A program made the position numbers and the translations under genes. The notes beneath the pieces were generated by a model. The model was not told the DNA's origin and did no database searches. It worked only from the letters and a program-made list of their open reading frames with translations. From Schmidtea polychroa (lineage: Eukaryota), in the NCBI GenBank assembly GCA_044892525.1, contig CM097885.1:16122001-16186000 (forward strand): DNA of 64,000 nt, in the 5' to 3' direction. How positions within the stretch are numbered: position 1 is the stretch's first letter; every line of letters starts with the position of its first letter. Positions 1 through 19,035 of the stretch are shown piece after piece.

Positions 1-7629
<7,629 letters not shown>

Positions 7630-7848
7630 GAGGCTTTGTTTCCCGGGTGGTAGATGTCGTAATATTTCTGGAGGTATTGATCGCGCAGTTCTGCTGGTAC
7701 TATAATCCTTTTGTTGTCGTTTGAGGTGTAATACCATATGCCGCCTATTTCTTCCAATTGGAGTGAATTCAACCTATGAATTTCGATTATTGTTTCTTTT
7801 TGTTTAGTTTTTAAAATTTCTAACTCTATGATGGATATTATGTTAAGT
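7630..7848 (-). pseudogene. Gypsy pol fragment (RNase H-integrase linker, CsRn1-like family)
   Basis: Near-identical to 14316-14530 and 56087-56305; encodes IVPAELRDQYLQKYYDIYHPG. Confidence 0.85.
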
Positions 7849-8354
7849 AATCAAGAATATACTGTCTTGATACATTACCGCCACTGGCTTCAGTGCTCTC
7901 TTTCTTGTGAGCTTCGTCACTCTATCGAGGCGTATCCAGTTCTGTAGAAGTGTTTGGTTTGCTTCCAGTTTTATTCTACATAAGTACAAGTCATATCCTT
8001 GATGCTTAATACTTGTCAATGTCTCTGTTAATTTATCTGCTTGACATCTTACATTTATATCGAGAATATACTCTTTATCCTAGCTGAGTTTTATATTGAG
8101 CTGAGCATCTTGGAGATCTCACTCATGCTCCATGATTTCTCCTAATTTCCTTAGGATTTTATGTGTCGCTATGATACATTGGATCATCTTCAATCTGCAA
8201 TATCAGCTTCACTAATGTATCAATTTCATGAATTTTAATTTCTGTTTCTCCCAATTTTTCCAATTGTTGGGCCAACTTCTACTGGTACTCATATCTGTAA
8301 TCCACCAGTCTTAAACATTTTGTTAGAGTATCTGGCCGTTCTTTTACCTTTGCT

Positions 8355-8443
8355 TTCTGGAGATTGACCATGAATTTACTGGCTTGATTATCTGGATGAA
8401 TAAGCGGGCAACTATTGCTTGGTAAAATAGTATAAAAATTCAC
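8355..8443 (-). pseudogene. Truncated N-terminus of Maverick minor capsid (penton)-like protein
   Basis: FYTILPSNSCPLIHPDNQASKFMVNL resembles the FY.tLPSN...fP.N..s.F...L start of Polinton pentons; overlaps the integrase stop (GTGA); sequence becomes unrelated after NLQK. Confidence 0.65.
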
Positions 8444-9495
8444 TTTACTAGATCCTTTTCTGATATCCATGATGGGTTTTGATAACCATGCCATTTGACA
8501 TAGTATTGTTTATCCTTGCCTTTATTTTTAGTTTTCAAAATCTTCTGAATTCTAAATACTTTTGGGGGAGGAATAACTTGTAATTCCTGCTCATAAAATT
8601 TTCCTTGTACAATATTGTTATCATTGTCTTTGATGACATACATTACAGGATTCTGTTTAGTATTTATTTTTGAAATTACAAAGACTTCATCACTCCAATT
8701 TGTATCAAAATTTTTAATAAATGGTGATGCACTAATTTTACTAATTCTAACATGATCACCTACTTTATATTTCGGTTTTGTAATTTTTTCAGGTTTTTTA
8801 GAATAGATTGTTTTTGACGTGATATCAATCGGCCTTAATCCATTCAGTCCTTGATGTGATGAGTGATTATAACTGGTTATTATTTTTGGTAAAACCAATA
8901 CCCATTTTTTATTACCTTGATGCACGAATAATTTCTTTAATCTATCTCTCAAAGTTCGGTTAAATCTTTCAACATGAGCAGCTTTGTATTGAGAATGTAC
9001 TGAGTAATGGTTTATTTTCAATTTATTGAGGATTTGCTTGACTTTACTGTTGTAGAATTCTTTACCTAAAATAATAATAATAATAATAAAAATAATAATA
9101 TTAATACCTAAATCAGTTTGCAAGTTTTTAGGATGTCCATCTTTAAATAAATGATTAACAGCTTTGGACATTTCATCTGCAGATTTTGCCTTGACGGGTA
9201 TTGCTCGGGCAAACCGACTGAATACATCAATACATGTTAAAATATATTTATACCCATTGTTAATTTTCGAATAGGGTATCATCTCCATCAAATCCATTTG
9301 CCATAAATCATTTATTCCATATGTTTTATATGTTCTTGTTGGGAATCGTTTCCGCATTGGTTTGTTCAAACTGTACGCAAGCTGGTCTGATAACCACTTC
9401 TGTGTTTCCTTTTTCGAATTCGGAACTCTTTTCCTTAATTTTGCCACTCCACCAAAACCGGCTTCGTCTTCCGGGTTCGTCCAAATCTTCTCCAT
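8440..9495 (-). CDS. Maverick retroviral-like (c-)integrase with C-terminal chromodomain; 42-nt GT-AG intron at 9066-9107
   Basis: WQMDLM..., YILTCIDVFSRFA, spliced TDLGKEF, VERFNRTL (DDE triad), YYVKWHGY...SWI chromodomain; first ATG gives MEKIWTNP...GFGG. Confidence 0.93.
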   Translation of the reverse strand: MEKIWTNPEDEAGFGGVAKLRKRVPNSKKETQKWLSDQLAYSLNKPMRKRFPTRTYKTYGINDLWQMDLMEMIPYSKINNGYKYILTCIDVFSRFARAIPVKAKSADEMSKAVNHLFKDGHPKNLQTDLGINIIIFIIIIIILGKEFYNSKVKQILNKLKINHYSVHSQYKAAHVERFNRTLRDRLKKLFVHQGNKKWVLVLPKIITSYNHSSHQGLNGLRPIDITSKTIYSKKPEKITKPKYKVGDHVRISKISASPFIKNFDTNWSDEVFVISKINTKQNPVMYVIKDNDNNIVQGKFYEQELQVIPPPKVFRIQKILKTKNKGKDKQYYVKWHGYQNPSWISEKDLVK

Positions 9496-9556
9496 TACAA
9501 CAAGAAGATTTAATATTAAATTTAATGTCTGGTAATGAAGGATTAGCACCCATTGT

Positions 9557-10051
9557 TTATGATCGACTTCCTATTATTCCACCTAATAATGATATTGCTA
9601 AAGGTATCAATGCACCGATAAATCCCCCTTGTTGTTTATATATAATTTTTCTCATTTGTTGACGATTTTTATTATTTACTAATGATAGCAAAGGTTTCCT
9701 ATGTTTACTCAATAATTGCTTTTTAGATTTACTGATTTTAATCTTGCCTTTGACTACTTTAAGTATAATATCGAGTAAATCATCGACAACATAATTTGGA
9801 AATGATTGCAAAATACTGTTTCTTTTCATACTTGGTGCCTTTAACAATGTATTGAAAAACGGGAAACTCCGATGATTTTTAACAACTTTTACTTTCTTAG
9901 TGGTTTTACTTTTAGTTTTAGGTTTAGGATTTTTCGAAATGAGATTCATTGCAGGAAAATTTTCTGTAATAAGTTCTTTAGATGGAGTATAACTAGTTGT
10001 TGGTGGAACTTTTGGTTGTTTTTTACTCGATATCCTTGTTTTTGAAAACAT
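9557..10051 (-). CDS. Basic core-like virion protein ending in QQGG/F plus amphipathic helix
   Basis: Lys-rich 164 aa; C-terminal KQQGGFIGALIPLAISLLGGII resembles adenain-type cleavage site plus helix of Polinton/adenovirus small core proteins; lies between ATPase and integrase. Confidence 0.7.
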   Translation of the reverse strand: MFSKTRISSKKQPKVPPTTSYTPSKELITENFPAMNLISKNPKPKTKSKTTKKVKVVKNHRSFPFFNTLLKAPSMKRNSILQSFPNYVVDDLLDIILKVVKGKIKISKSKKQLLSKHRKPLLSLVNNKNRQQMRKIIYKQQGGFIGALIPLAISLLGGIIGSRS

Positions 10052-10064
10052 GATTTATGTGTTT

Positions 10065-10702
10065 TCAAATTTGTTTTAAACTTTGTTTATATACCATGGC
10101 GCCTTTTGGGTTGAAAATATCTGTTTTTACGCGTATATCATCAGGGCATTGTTGTGTGAAATCGAGAAATATATACCCATGAGGTATTTTCGTAGCATCT
10201 TGAAATGCACTGATAAGAAAATTACGGTTATTAGGGTATGCTTGTCGTCCAAGAAAATCGATGACAGTTGCATCTCTAGGATTCTTGAAAATAACTAAAT
10301 ATTGTACATTTAAATTACGTGTTCGATGTGCACCACCTTGATGAAATAGATTTTGTGTTATGAAAATAACTGTTACACCAACATGTCTGCTGATTTTTGT
10401 GAATAAATTATTAAAGTCCTTTTTTTATTGGCTTCTTGATACAAATCATCGATAATGATGACATCATCTTTCTTCAAACGACTTGACCAGTTTTTATCAA
10501 AACCCTTTACTATTTTCATGTTTTTCAACTGACAGAAACTTGATTGCGTCAATCCGTGTTCTTCGTCGGCGCCCCTATGCCAATAAATATTGTTGAATTT
10601 TGTTTTGAACAAATTTGATTTTAGTAATTTACAAACAAATAATGTTTTTCCACTACCACTTGGACCAACGATTTGGTATACTGCATCATTTCGTAATTCC
10701 AT
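10065..10702 (-). pseudogene. Packaging ATPase (A32/FtsK-HerA type), frameshifted in an A7 run at ~10420-10426
   Basis: Walker A IVGPSGSGKT and Walker B IIIDDL; the other frame continues LFTKISRHVGVTVIFITQNLF...KNPRD...PHGYIFLD to a TGA at 10065. Confidence 0.9.
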
Positions 10703-10807
10703 TTTTTAAAATTTAAACTATATAATTATTGTTTATATTGATAATTTAAATGAACTCTGTTTTTAAATACCTATATATATCAAAGTTTTTAAAATTATTT
10801 CATTAAA

Positions 10808-11272
10808 ATGCTTTCAAATATAAATTACAGGGCAAAAACTGATGTATCAAAAATGGTATTTCCAATGGGGAAACCACAACAACTTATCAATAGAAGTAAA
10901 AAATATCCAATAATATATTTCAAAACTGGTAAATGTAGAATTATGGGGTGTAAGGAAATAATCAAAGCTAGTGAATATAATGTTTATGATTTAGAAATAC
11001 AATCGATAACCGTAACTTCCGATATAGGTTTTTCTTGTAATTTAAATAATTTGGCTAAATTAATACCATGTGTTTACGAACCAGAATTATTTCCAGCTTT
11101 GAGATATATAAAATATAACCCTATGTGTGTAAATATATTCGCTAGCGGTAAGATAGTAATTCTTGGAATAAAAAATATTGATTACAAATGTATAGTTGAT
11201 AATATCATATCTGAAATTAAATCAATAATTGAAGGAAAAGAATTTTTAGATTTTTTATTATCACTTAATTAA
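10808..11272 (+). CDS. TATA-binding protein (TBP)-like, compact two-repeat core
   Basis: IIYFKTGKCRIMG (repeat 1); IQSITVTSD, YEPELFPALRY, VNIFASGKIVILG (repeat 2), matching TBP YEPELFPGLIY / LIFvSGKvVltG motifs. Confidence 0.88.
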   Translation: MLSNINYRAKTDVSKMVFPMGKPQQLINRSKKYPIIYFKTGKCRIMGCKEIIKASEYNVYDLEIQSITVTSDIGFSCNLNNLAKLIPCVYEPELFPALRYIKYNPMCVNIFASGKIVILGIKNIDYKCIVDNIISEIKSIIEGKEFLDFLLSLN

Positions 11273-11380
11273 TTATTTATCATTCAATTAAAACAAAAAC
11301 ATACTGCAATCTGATTGGATGATAAACAATAGTCATAGGTATAAAAACCCTGTACCATTTCATTTTAATCATAATTCACA

Positions 11381-11800
11381 ATGACCAAGAAAATTTCAAG
11401 CACTGAAAAACCAAAAGTAGTTCCAGAACTTGTACAACCTGTTCAAATGTTCCACAACTACAAAATGTATTTTTTAAAAGAAGAAATCAATATGAAATTG
11501 GTGTCACCGATCAAGCTAATTCCTACCCAATTTCAATTCTTAACCGGCACGCTTTCAATGTTAGATATTAAAACCATAGATGATGTTTTCAAAAGGTTGA
11601 ATACGAATCTATCATGCAATCAAAATGCATTTTTCAACAACCGATATGCAAAATTTTATGATTCCTTTGATGAAATCAGTTTCAAAGAAAACGAAAATTG
11701 GTATATAACAATTACAATCCAAGGATATAAAGTTGATAATAATGATGTGTATTCTCCAATTTGGAAAATTATGTCTGCTAGACTTTCACAGTTATTTTAA
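11381..11800 (+). CDS. Hypothetical Maverick protein, possibly OB-fold ssDNA-binding
   Basis: Clean 139-aa ATG ORF with upstream TATAAAAA (11340) and downstream AATAAA (11811); beta-rich C-terminus WYITITIQGY...YSPIWKI. Function tentative. Confidence 0.55.
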   Translation: MTKKISSTEKPKVVPELVQPVQMFHNYKMYFLKEEINMKLVSPIKLIPTQFQFLTGTLSMLDIKTIDDVFKRLNTNLSCNQNAFFNNRYAKFYDSFDEISFKENENWYITITIQGYKVDNNDVYSPIWKIMSARLSQLF

Positions 11801-11896
11801 TGTTGTATTTAATAAATGTATTTAGTCATATTTGTTTTCGCTTATATTCTATATTTTCTATAAACAAATATATACTATAGTTTTAAAATACTAATA

Positions 11897-12255
11897 ATGA
11901 CTACAGAAAAAGGTTAATATGATTAGTTAATTATCGAATTATTTAATATTTAGAATTTATAATAAACTTTTTATTGGAAAAATTAGCAGAAATATCTGGT
12001 GTGAAAATGGCGGATATATTATCTGTTACAAACGCATTAAATATAGACTGGGTAGCAGAGAGTGAAGATTCGGAATTTGATGAAACAGATGAAGAAAACA
12101 CTCAAGATGATGAGGAAAGCATTCAAGAAATTGATGAACCTATGGAGGAATTTACGGATACTGAACCGTGTGTATATAGGGATTGTATAGATCATGTTGT
12201 TGAAAATGTTATGAACTGTGGAGATGATGAATGTGAATGTGTTAATAAATTTTAG
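11897..12255 (+). CDS. Acidic protein with Cys-rich C-terminus; 41-nt intron at 11913-11953
   Basis: ATG 11897 exon MTTEK splices GT..AG in frame to EFIINFLLEKLAEISG...; D/E-rich middle; C-terminal CVYRDC...CGDDECEC. Confidence 0.6.
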
Positions 12256-12423
12256 TGTATATTTAAAGAATAATATTTAGAATTTAGAAAGTTTTGTCTT
12301 GAATATTTTTACCAGTAATTTTGTGAACAGTACCATTGCAACTTGTTGAATGTGAGTAGAATATTTGTGTGGAGTACCCATAGGGGGACAGAATATCTTG
12401 TCGGATAGATTAAGAGTATATAT

Positions 12424-12490
<67 letters not shown>

Positions 12491-12507
12491 TTAATAATAA
12501 TAATTAA

Positions 12508-12547
<40 letters not shown>

Positions 12548-12589
12548 CTTAGAAACTAAAAACTTAGAAAATAATAATTATTTTAATAA

Positions 12590-14109
12590 ATGACATTGAA
12601 AAATTAAATGACCTTGAAAAGTAAATGACCTTGAAAATTAAATGACCTTGAAAAAATAAATGACCTTGAAAAAATAAATGACCTTGAAAAAATAAATGAC
12701 CTTGAAAAAATAAATGACCTTGAAAATAATAAATGACCTTGAAAATAATAAATGACCTTGACCTTTTATTAAAAATTTGACCTTGACCTTGATGAGTCAT
12801 CGTTCTAAAAATATTAGACATCGTTGGGTGAGTCATTGGGTGAGTCATTCTCTTTGTTAATATTAATGATGATGATACCTTCTATGGCTCATTCGAAAGG
12901 TCTTGGACTGAGCTTTAAGATGAGGTATCGTCCAATAAATTCGGATAATGGGAACATTAATTTTTGGGATGAAAAAGAGTAGGGGCCCGCCAGACCACTT
13001 AATAATTATATGACCTTGAAAATGATTTTTGGTAAAATGTTAATAACTTTGTCAATAATAATGATGATGATACCTTCATTAGCTCATTCGAAAGGTCTTG
13101 CATTGGGCTTTAAAATGAGGTATCGTCCAATAAAATCCGTTGGTGGGAACATTAATTTTTGGGATGAGAAAAAGTATGTCCCCGCCCGGCCAATTAATAA
13201 TATTTTGAATAATAATAATAATTTAACGTTGAAAAAATGGTGGTCATCAATTGTTAATAACTTTGTCAATAATAATGATGATGATACCTTCTATAAATCA
13301 ATCGAAAGGTCTTGCATTGGGCTTTAAAATGAGCTATCGTTGAATAATTATCGTTGTCGGGAACTCTGTACATTTAAATTTTAAAATATGACCTTGAAAA
13401 AATAAATGACCTTGATGAGTCACGCGACCTTGAAAAAATAAATGACCTTGAAAAAATAAATGACCTTGAAAAAATAAATGACCTTGAAAAAATAAATGAC
13501 CTTGAAAAAAAATAAATGACCTTGAAAAAATAAATGACCTTGACCTTGACCTTGAAAATAATATTTTGAAAAATAAATGACCTTGAAAAATGGTCTCGGT
13601 AAAACTTTAATAACTTTGCCGATGTTAATGATGATGATACCTTCTATGGCTCAATTGAAAGGTCTTAGACTACGCTTCAAAATAAGCTATCTATTAATAA
13701 ATTCGGATAATGGGAACATTAATTTTTGGGATGAGAAAAAGTATGTCCCCGCCCGGCCAATTAATAATATTTTGAATAATAATAATAATTTAACGTTGAA
13801 AAAATGGTGGTCATCAATTGTTAATAACTTTGTCAATAATAATGATGATGATACCTTCTATGGATCAATCGAAAGGTCTTGGACTGAGCTTTAAGATGAG
13901 GTATCGTCCAATAAAATCCGTTGGTGGGAACATTAATTTTTGGGATGAAAAAAAGTAGGGGCCATCCCGGCCAATTAATTAAAACAAAAAATTAAATTAA
14001 AAAAAAATAAATGACCTTGACCTTTTATTTTAAAAAAAAAATTTTTTCCCGGGGGGGGGTATATGTGGTCTGGAGGGGACATGGTCTGGATGGCCCACAT
14101 CATACTACT
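12590..14109. repeat. Maverick right terminal repeat region: ~17-18-bp AAATAAATGACCTTGAAA arrays and larger ~190-bp units
   Basis: Tandem arrays at 12600-12790 and 13385-13585; repeated GATGATGATACCTTC...GAAAGGTCTT...GGGAACATTAATTTTTGGGATG units; ends in ACTACT. Confidence 0.85.
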
Positions 14110-16516
14110 ATAAAGTGACCTTGATATTATTTCTTTTTCTCCAACACGAAATTTATTCTGTTTATTACTTGAAGGAAATTAGTTATCTGTACATTGATAT
14201 TTATAATTTCATTACGCAATGTCACATTCTCGTGTCTCATTGCTTGCATCTCATATCTTTTTTTACGTCCATTCTCATATAAGGTCAAACAACTATGGTA
14301 TGCAGAAATTCGTATGAGGCTTTGTTTCCCGGGTGGTAGATGTTGTAATATTTCTGGAGGTATTGATCGCGCAGGTACTATAATCCTTTTGTTGTTGTCG
14401 TTTGTAGTGTCGTACCATATGCCGCCTATTTATTCCAATTGGAGTGAATTCAACCTATGAATTTCGATTATTGTTTCTTTTTGTTTAGTTTTTAAATTTT
14501 CTAACTCTATGATGGATGACATGTTAAATGCATTGATGTCGGTTTTTATTCTTGATAATGCGTCTGCACTTATGTTAGCTGAACCTGCTATATATTTTAT
14601 TTTACAATTAGTTTGTGAGATATAGTTTAGTTGTCTTATTTGTCTCGGTGAAGGGTTTTTCATATTCATTGCGTTTATTAAGGATTTATGATCGATATGC
14701 ACTTCAAATTTCTTTCCTTCCAATAGGTTTTGGAAATGTCTGATTGTATCAAGTAGCGCTAATAACTCCCTGTCAAAAGTGGAGTATCTCATTTGGTGAG
14801 TTTTAAGTTTCTTTGAGAAGAAAGCTATTGGTCTTTTTTTCGTTATTTTCTTCTTGGAATATCGCTGCGCCCATTGCTAATCCCGAACAATCTGTGTTGA
14901 CTATGTATGGTAATTCTTGGTTGGGATAGCTTAGGATGCTTGCGTTTTTCAGTGTTTTATTTTGCCTGTTCAAAAGCTGTTATTATTTTTTCATTCCAAT
15001 TTATTTTGATGTTTCTCTTTATTTTGTTCAGTTCGTTGAGAGAGGGCTAGCATTTCGCTACATTTTGGTATGTATTTGTGATAGAAGTTGATCATGCCAA
15101 GGAAACGTTTTAGCTCTTTTGTTGTTTTGGGTAACGGATAATTTTTGATCGCTTTGATTTTGTCGTCTAATGATTTTGTGCTGTTTTCGTTTAACAGGTG
15201 TCCCAAATATTTTATTTATGTGTTCAAAAATGCACATTTTTAATGTCAATTTTTAGTTCATGTTTGTTTAATATTTTGAACACGTTTTTAATGTTTTTTA
15301 TATATTCTTTTTTGTTTGCTGATGCTATCAAGATGTCGTCTAGGTATGCGACTGTGTTTTGTTGATTTCAAAATATTTGGTCATGATGCGTTGGAAAGTG
15401 GCTGCTGCGTTTTTTATTCCAAAAGGCATTTTGTTATATTCGAAAAGTCCTATGGGTGTGATGATTGCGGTTTTCTTTGACAAGAATTTGTTGACAGGCT
15501 TTTTCTAAGTCTATTTTGCTGAAAATTTTGGGTTTGTTAAATCTGTTAATGATGTCGTTTATTATTGGAATTGGGTATTTGTCGGCTGTTGTGATATTGT
15601 TTAGTGCTCTGTAGTCTCCACAGGCTCGCCATTCGCCGTTTTCCTTTTCTTTAAGCATGAGAGCTGATGACCAGTTTGAGTTTGAATGTTTGACGATTTG
15701 GTTTTCAAGTAGTTCGTCGAATATTTTCTTAGTTATTTCGAGTTTATTTTTGTCTAATTATCTGACTTTTGCATGGACTGGGTTTCTGTTGCTAATTATT
15801 ATGTGTTCGATTATGCACTTTGTGTTATTGTTTGCCTCTAGTTTATTAGTTATATTTGGTACATTTTGTATCAGTTTTGCGATTTCATTAGGTATATGCC
15901 AGTTTGTTTCTGTTTTAATTGTTTTTGTTTCACCGTGTTGGGCTGTTATTACTCCGATGTCACAATTGATTTGTTTCTTGGATTGTTTAATTTTGTTGTA
16001 TATGTTGTTAGAATTGTTTGGTAAGACCCTTCCATTCTTGCAGTAGACTAGTAGATCGACGTTTGAGAGAAAATCTGCTCCTAAAATGGCTTGTTTGACT
16101 TCAGCGATAGTGAATTGCCAATTGTATTGTGTTGTTGATGGTGATTTTAATGTTTTGTTTCCCGAACGTTTTGATTGGGCTGCCGTTTGCTGCACACAAA
16201 TTCGCGGTTACTGTTTTTGTATTTTTAGTTAAGTAATTCGGTATTAATGAAATTATTGAACCTGAATCAACAAGAAAATTAAGGCCATTGCTATGCACCG
16301 TAAATGTTTAGCTGTCACCAATTGTCGGTGCTATCACTGGTGACTTTATATATATATTTCCTGACTCTTCTTTGTCGAACGAACAAGGTTTTATTCCCAA
16401 ATTTATTGTGTTAGTAACAATAGTTTTGGTTTGTTCGTTTATTAGGGTTGTTCCATCTTTAATTTCTGTCAAAGCTGTTGCGGCTGCCTAATCTTGTATT
16501 TTGTTGTGGATAGTTT

Positions 16517-17379
16517 TGTTGGGTTTTTAATGCAAGTCGGTACTACGGTCTGACTCCTTTGTGTTCTTTTCCAAATAAATAAATAAACAGATAACCCAAC
16601 ACAAAATCTTTATTGACACTGATGCAGTTACACTTTTACACTTGTATTAGTTTACTCACACTTGATACAATCAGGTTTTGTCTGCACTTTTCAATTGCCA
16701 ACAAATCTCACGCAAGGGTAGATCTTCCAACGGGAGATATCCCTTTCTGGTACGTTCGATTTTTTTTAAATGGTTTACTTTCGACTATCTTTGATATTTC
16801 CTTTTTCACTCTCGTCAACTTCTGTTTTCTTTTCTTCGACCAACTGGCATTTTGTTTTCTTGTCAGTTGCTTTTATACTCGCTTGTTAATTGACTTTATT
16901 TTTGCCAATTATTTTTGGTTTTATTTCCCCCGGGCTTCCTCTTGGAGGTCTTATTTAATTGAAGGGAATTTGCTCATTTCCTTTGACGGCGCTTTTTATC
17001 CGGCTAAATTAATTGCCTTCCCGAAATTGGATTTCTCAATTCGCTCGGGTTTTCCATTGTATCGGGTTTCTCATTAGCTCGGGTTCTCCATTAGCTCGGG
17101 TTTCCCATTAGCTCGGGTTTTCCATTAGTTAATTAATTTTTAATTAATTTTTGTTTTTTGTAATTTATTCCTTTTAGGGACCCCCCATTGATTTTATTTT
17201 ATTATAGCTGAACTCGTCTCATTATTTAGCATCCGCCCATACCAGTTTCCCCCAGAAAATATTCATTTTTAAAATTTTGATTTTTTAATTAATATTTTGT
17301 ACTTTAAATTTTTATTTTGAATTTGGTGTTTTTATCAATTTTCACCTCATTTTTGTGCCTCTCTTGTTGAACCCCAACA
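16517..17379 (-). repeat. 3' LTR of 16.6-kb element
   Basis: Direct repeat of 32255-33117; adjacent polypurine tract AAAAGGGGGGAGATA on minus at ~17380-17394. Confidence 0.97.
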
Positions 17380-17608
17380 TATCTCCCCCCTTTTATTTAG
17401 ATTCGACCTCGAATCTGCATGTATATAATAAGTCTAATTTACCATTATAAATAATAATGTTACTAATAACAATAATAATGACGATAATAATACTACCGAT
17501 AATAATAACAATAATTCCTACCGATAACAATAATAACGATAATAACAATAATAGCAATAATTATTATATCTAATTATTATATCTAATTATTATATTATGA
17601 TTTTTTTT

Positions 17609-17671
<63 letters not shown>

Positions 17672-18384
17672 GCAATAATAAACATAATAAAATATAATTA
17701 TATAACAATGAGATTTCCACTAAAGAAAACTCTAAAGAAAACTTAAATCTTAAATTTGACATTCATTAATTAATTCTAATAATAATAATATCAATAATAA
17801 TAATAATATATAAGCAATATACAAGTAAAATAAATTGAAAATTTGAAAAATAAACATTTTAGATATTTCTATTTCTCAATAATTCGATTTATAAATTGAC
17901 AATCCAATTTAGGGATTCTCAATCTTATCAGAAATATTACTAATACTAGATGATTATTTGGTAGATATTTCTCAATAATTCGATTTATAAATTGACAATC
18001 CAATTTAGGGATTCTCAATCTTATCAGAAATATTACTAAGGGAATGGTAGATATTTCTCAATAATTCGATTGTCATGGAATGAAAGGCTAGTGGCATTCA
18101 TCTACAAATCCCATCAAATTAATTAGTCTTGGACTTTCAATTTGCCTGCTAGATTTGGAATTTAGCTGTTCAAGCCAATAATTTTGATTGGCTGTTTTTC
18201 TTCCATTAATAGGTAAGAAATTTTATTTCTCCTTCATAATTTTATTTTTTTAATTCAGGAAATATTTCACGGACAACAGTAACCATTTTCTATTAATTAT
18301 TGTGATGTGCAACAAAATGAGAAAAAGATTATTACTGGAAATCAATGTTCTGGGGGTACATTCAATTCTAATACGTTTAACAAA

Positions 18385-19035
18385 TTATGCTACTTGAGAA
18401 GCAACCAAAAATTACTTTGGAATCCATTAATCAACTAAGAAAACACGGCGAATTTTGTGACGTAGCCTTGATTGTTGGTCAAAAAAAATCTTAGTCCATA
18501 GAATTGTGTTATCTGCATGTAGTCCTTATTTTAAAGCTATGTTTACTGGCGAATTATCTGAATCACTACAAAATGAAGTAATTAAATATTTGGTTATCTT
18601 TATCAAACGATATTAGGTAACATTAAGGGATATCGATGAACGTGCTGTTGAAGCATTGGTAGAATTTTGTTATACATCTCAAATTGTTATTGAAGAATGG
18701 AATGTACAGTGTTTACTACCAGCTGCTTGTTTATTACAATTATCAGAAATTTAAGATGTTTGTTGTGAATTTTTAAAACAGCAGCTTGATCCATCTAATT
18801 GCTTAGGTATCCAAGCCTTTGCTGATACTCATGCTTGTAATGACTTATTAACCATTGCTGATAAATTTACACATCATAATTTTCAAGTACACTTTATTTA
18901 TTATTACCTCAAGATCGTCTTCTTATGCAGGTGGATAAAAAATTTTTTTTTTTTGTTAATATAAACTTATATTGATTATTTGATGAAGCAAAGAATTATT
19001 TATTATTACCTCAAGATCGTCCTCTTATGCAGGTG
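18385..19035 (+). pseudogene. KLHL20: Captured kelch-like (KLHL20/diablo) BTB-BACK fragment with retained 39-nt intron (18578-18616), frameshift and stop
   Basis: [85 protein letters not shown]. Confidence 0.88.

Larger units (their letters stand above)
8355..14109. mobile_element. Left-truncated Maverick/Polinton (adintovirus-like) element
   Basis: Integrase + packaging ATPase + penton N-terminus + GGF core-like protein; long repeat-rich terminal region ending ...CATACTACT (5'-AGTAGT on minus) at 14109. No pPolB, major capsid or protease in the window. Confidence 0.85.

Noticed and set aside
7850..8354. Coding-like stretch between the Gypsy fragment and the penton stub
   Set aside because: Multiple stops and no recognisable motif; left unassigned.
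12564..13894. ORFs within the Maverick terminal repeat
   Set aside because: Frames differ between repeat units; no protein motifs.
16613..17077. 154-aa + strand ORF present in both LTRs (also 32351-32815)
   Set aside because: TTG start, antisense to the element, low-complexity Phe-rich; duplicated only because it lies in the LTR.
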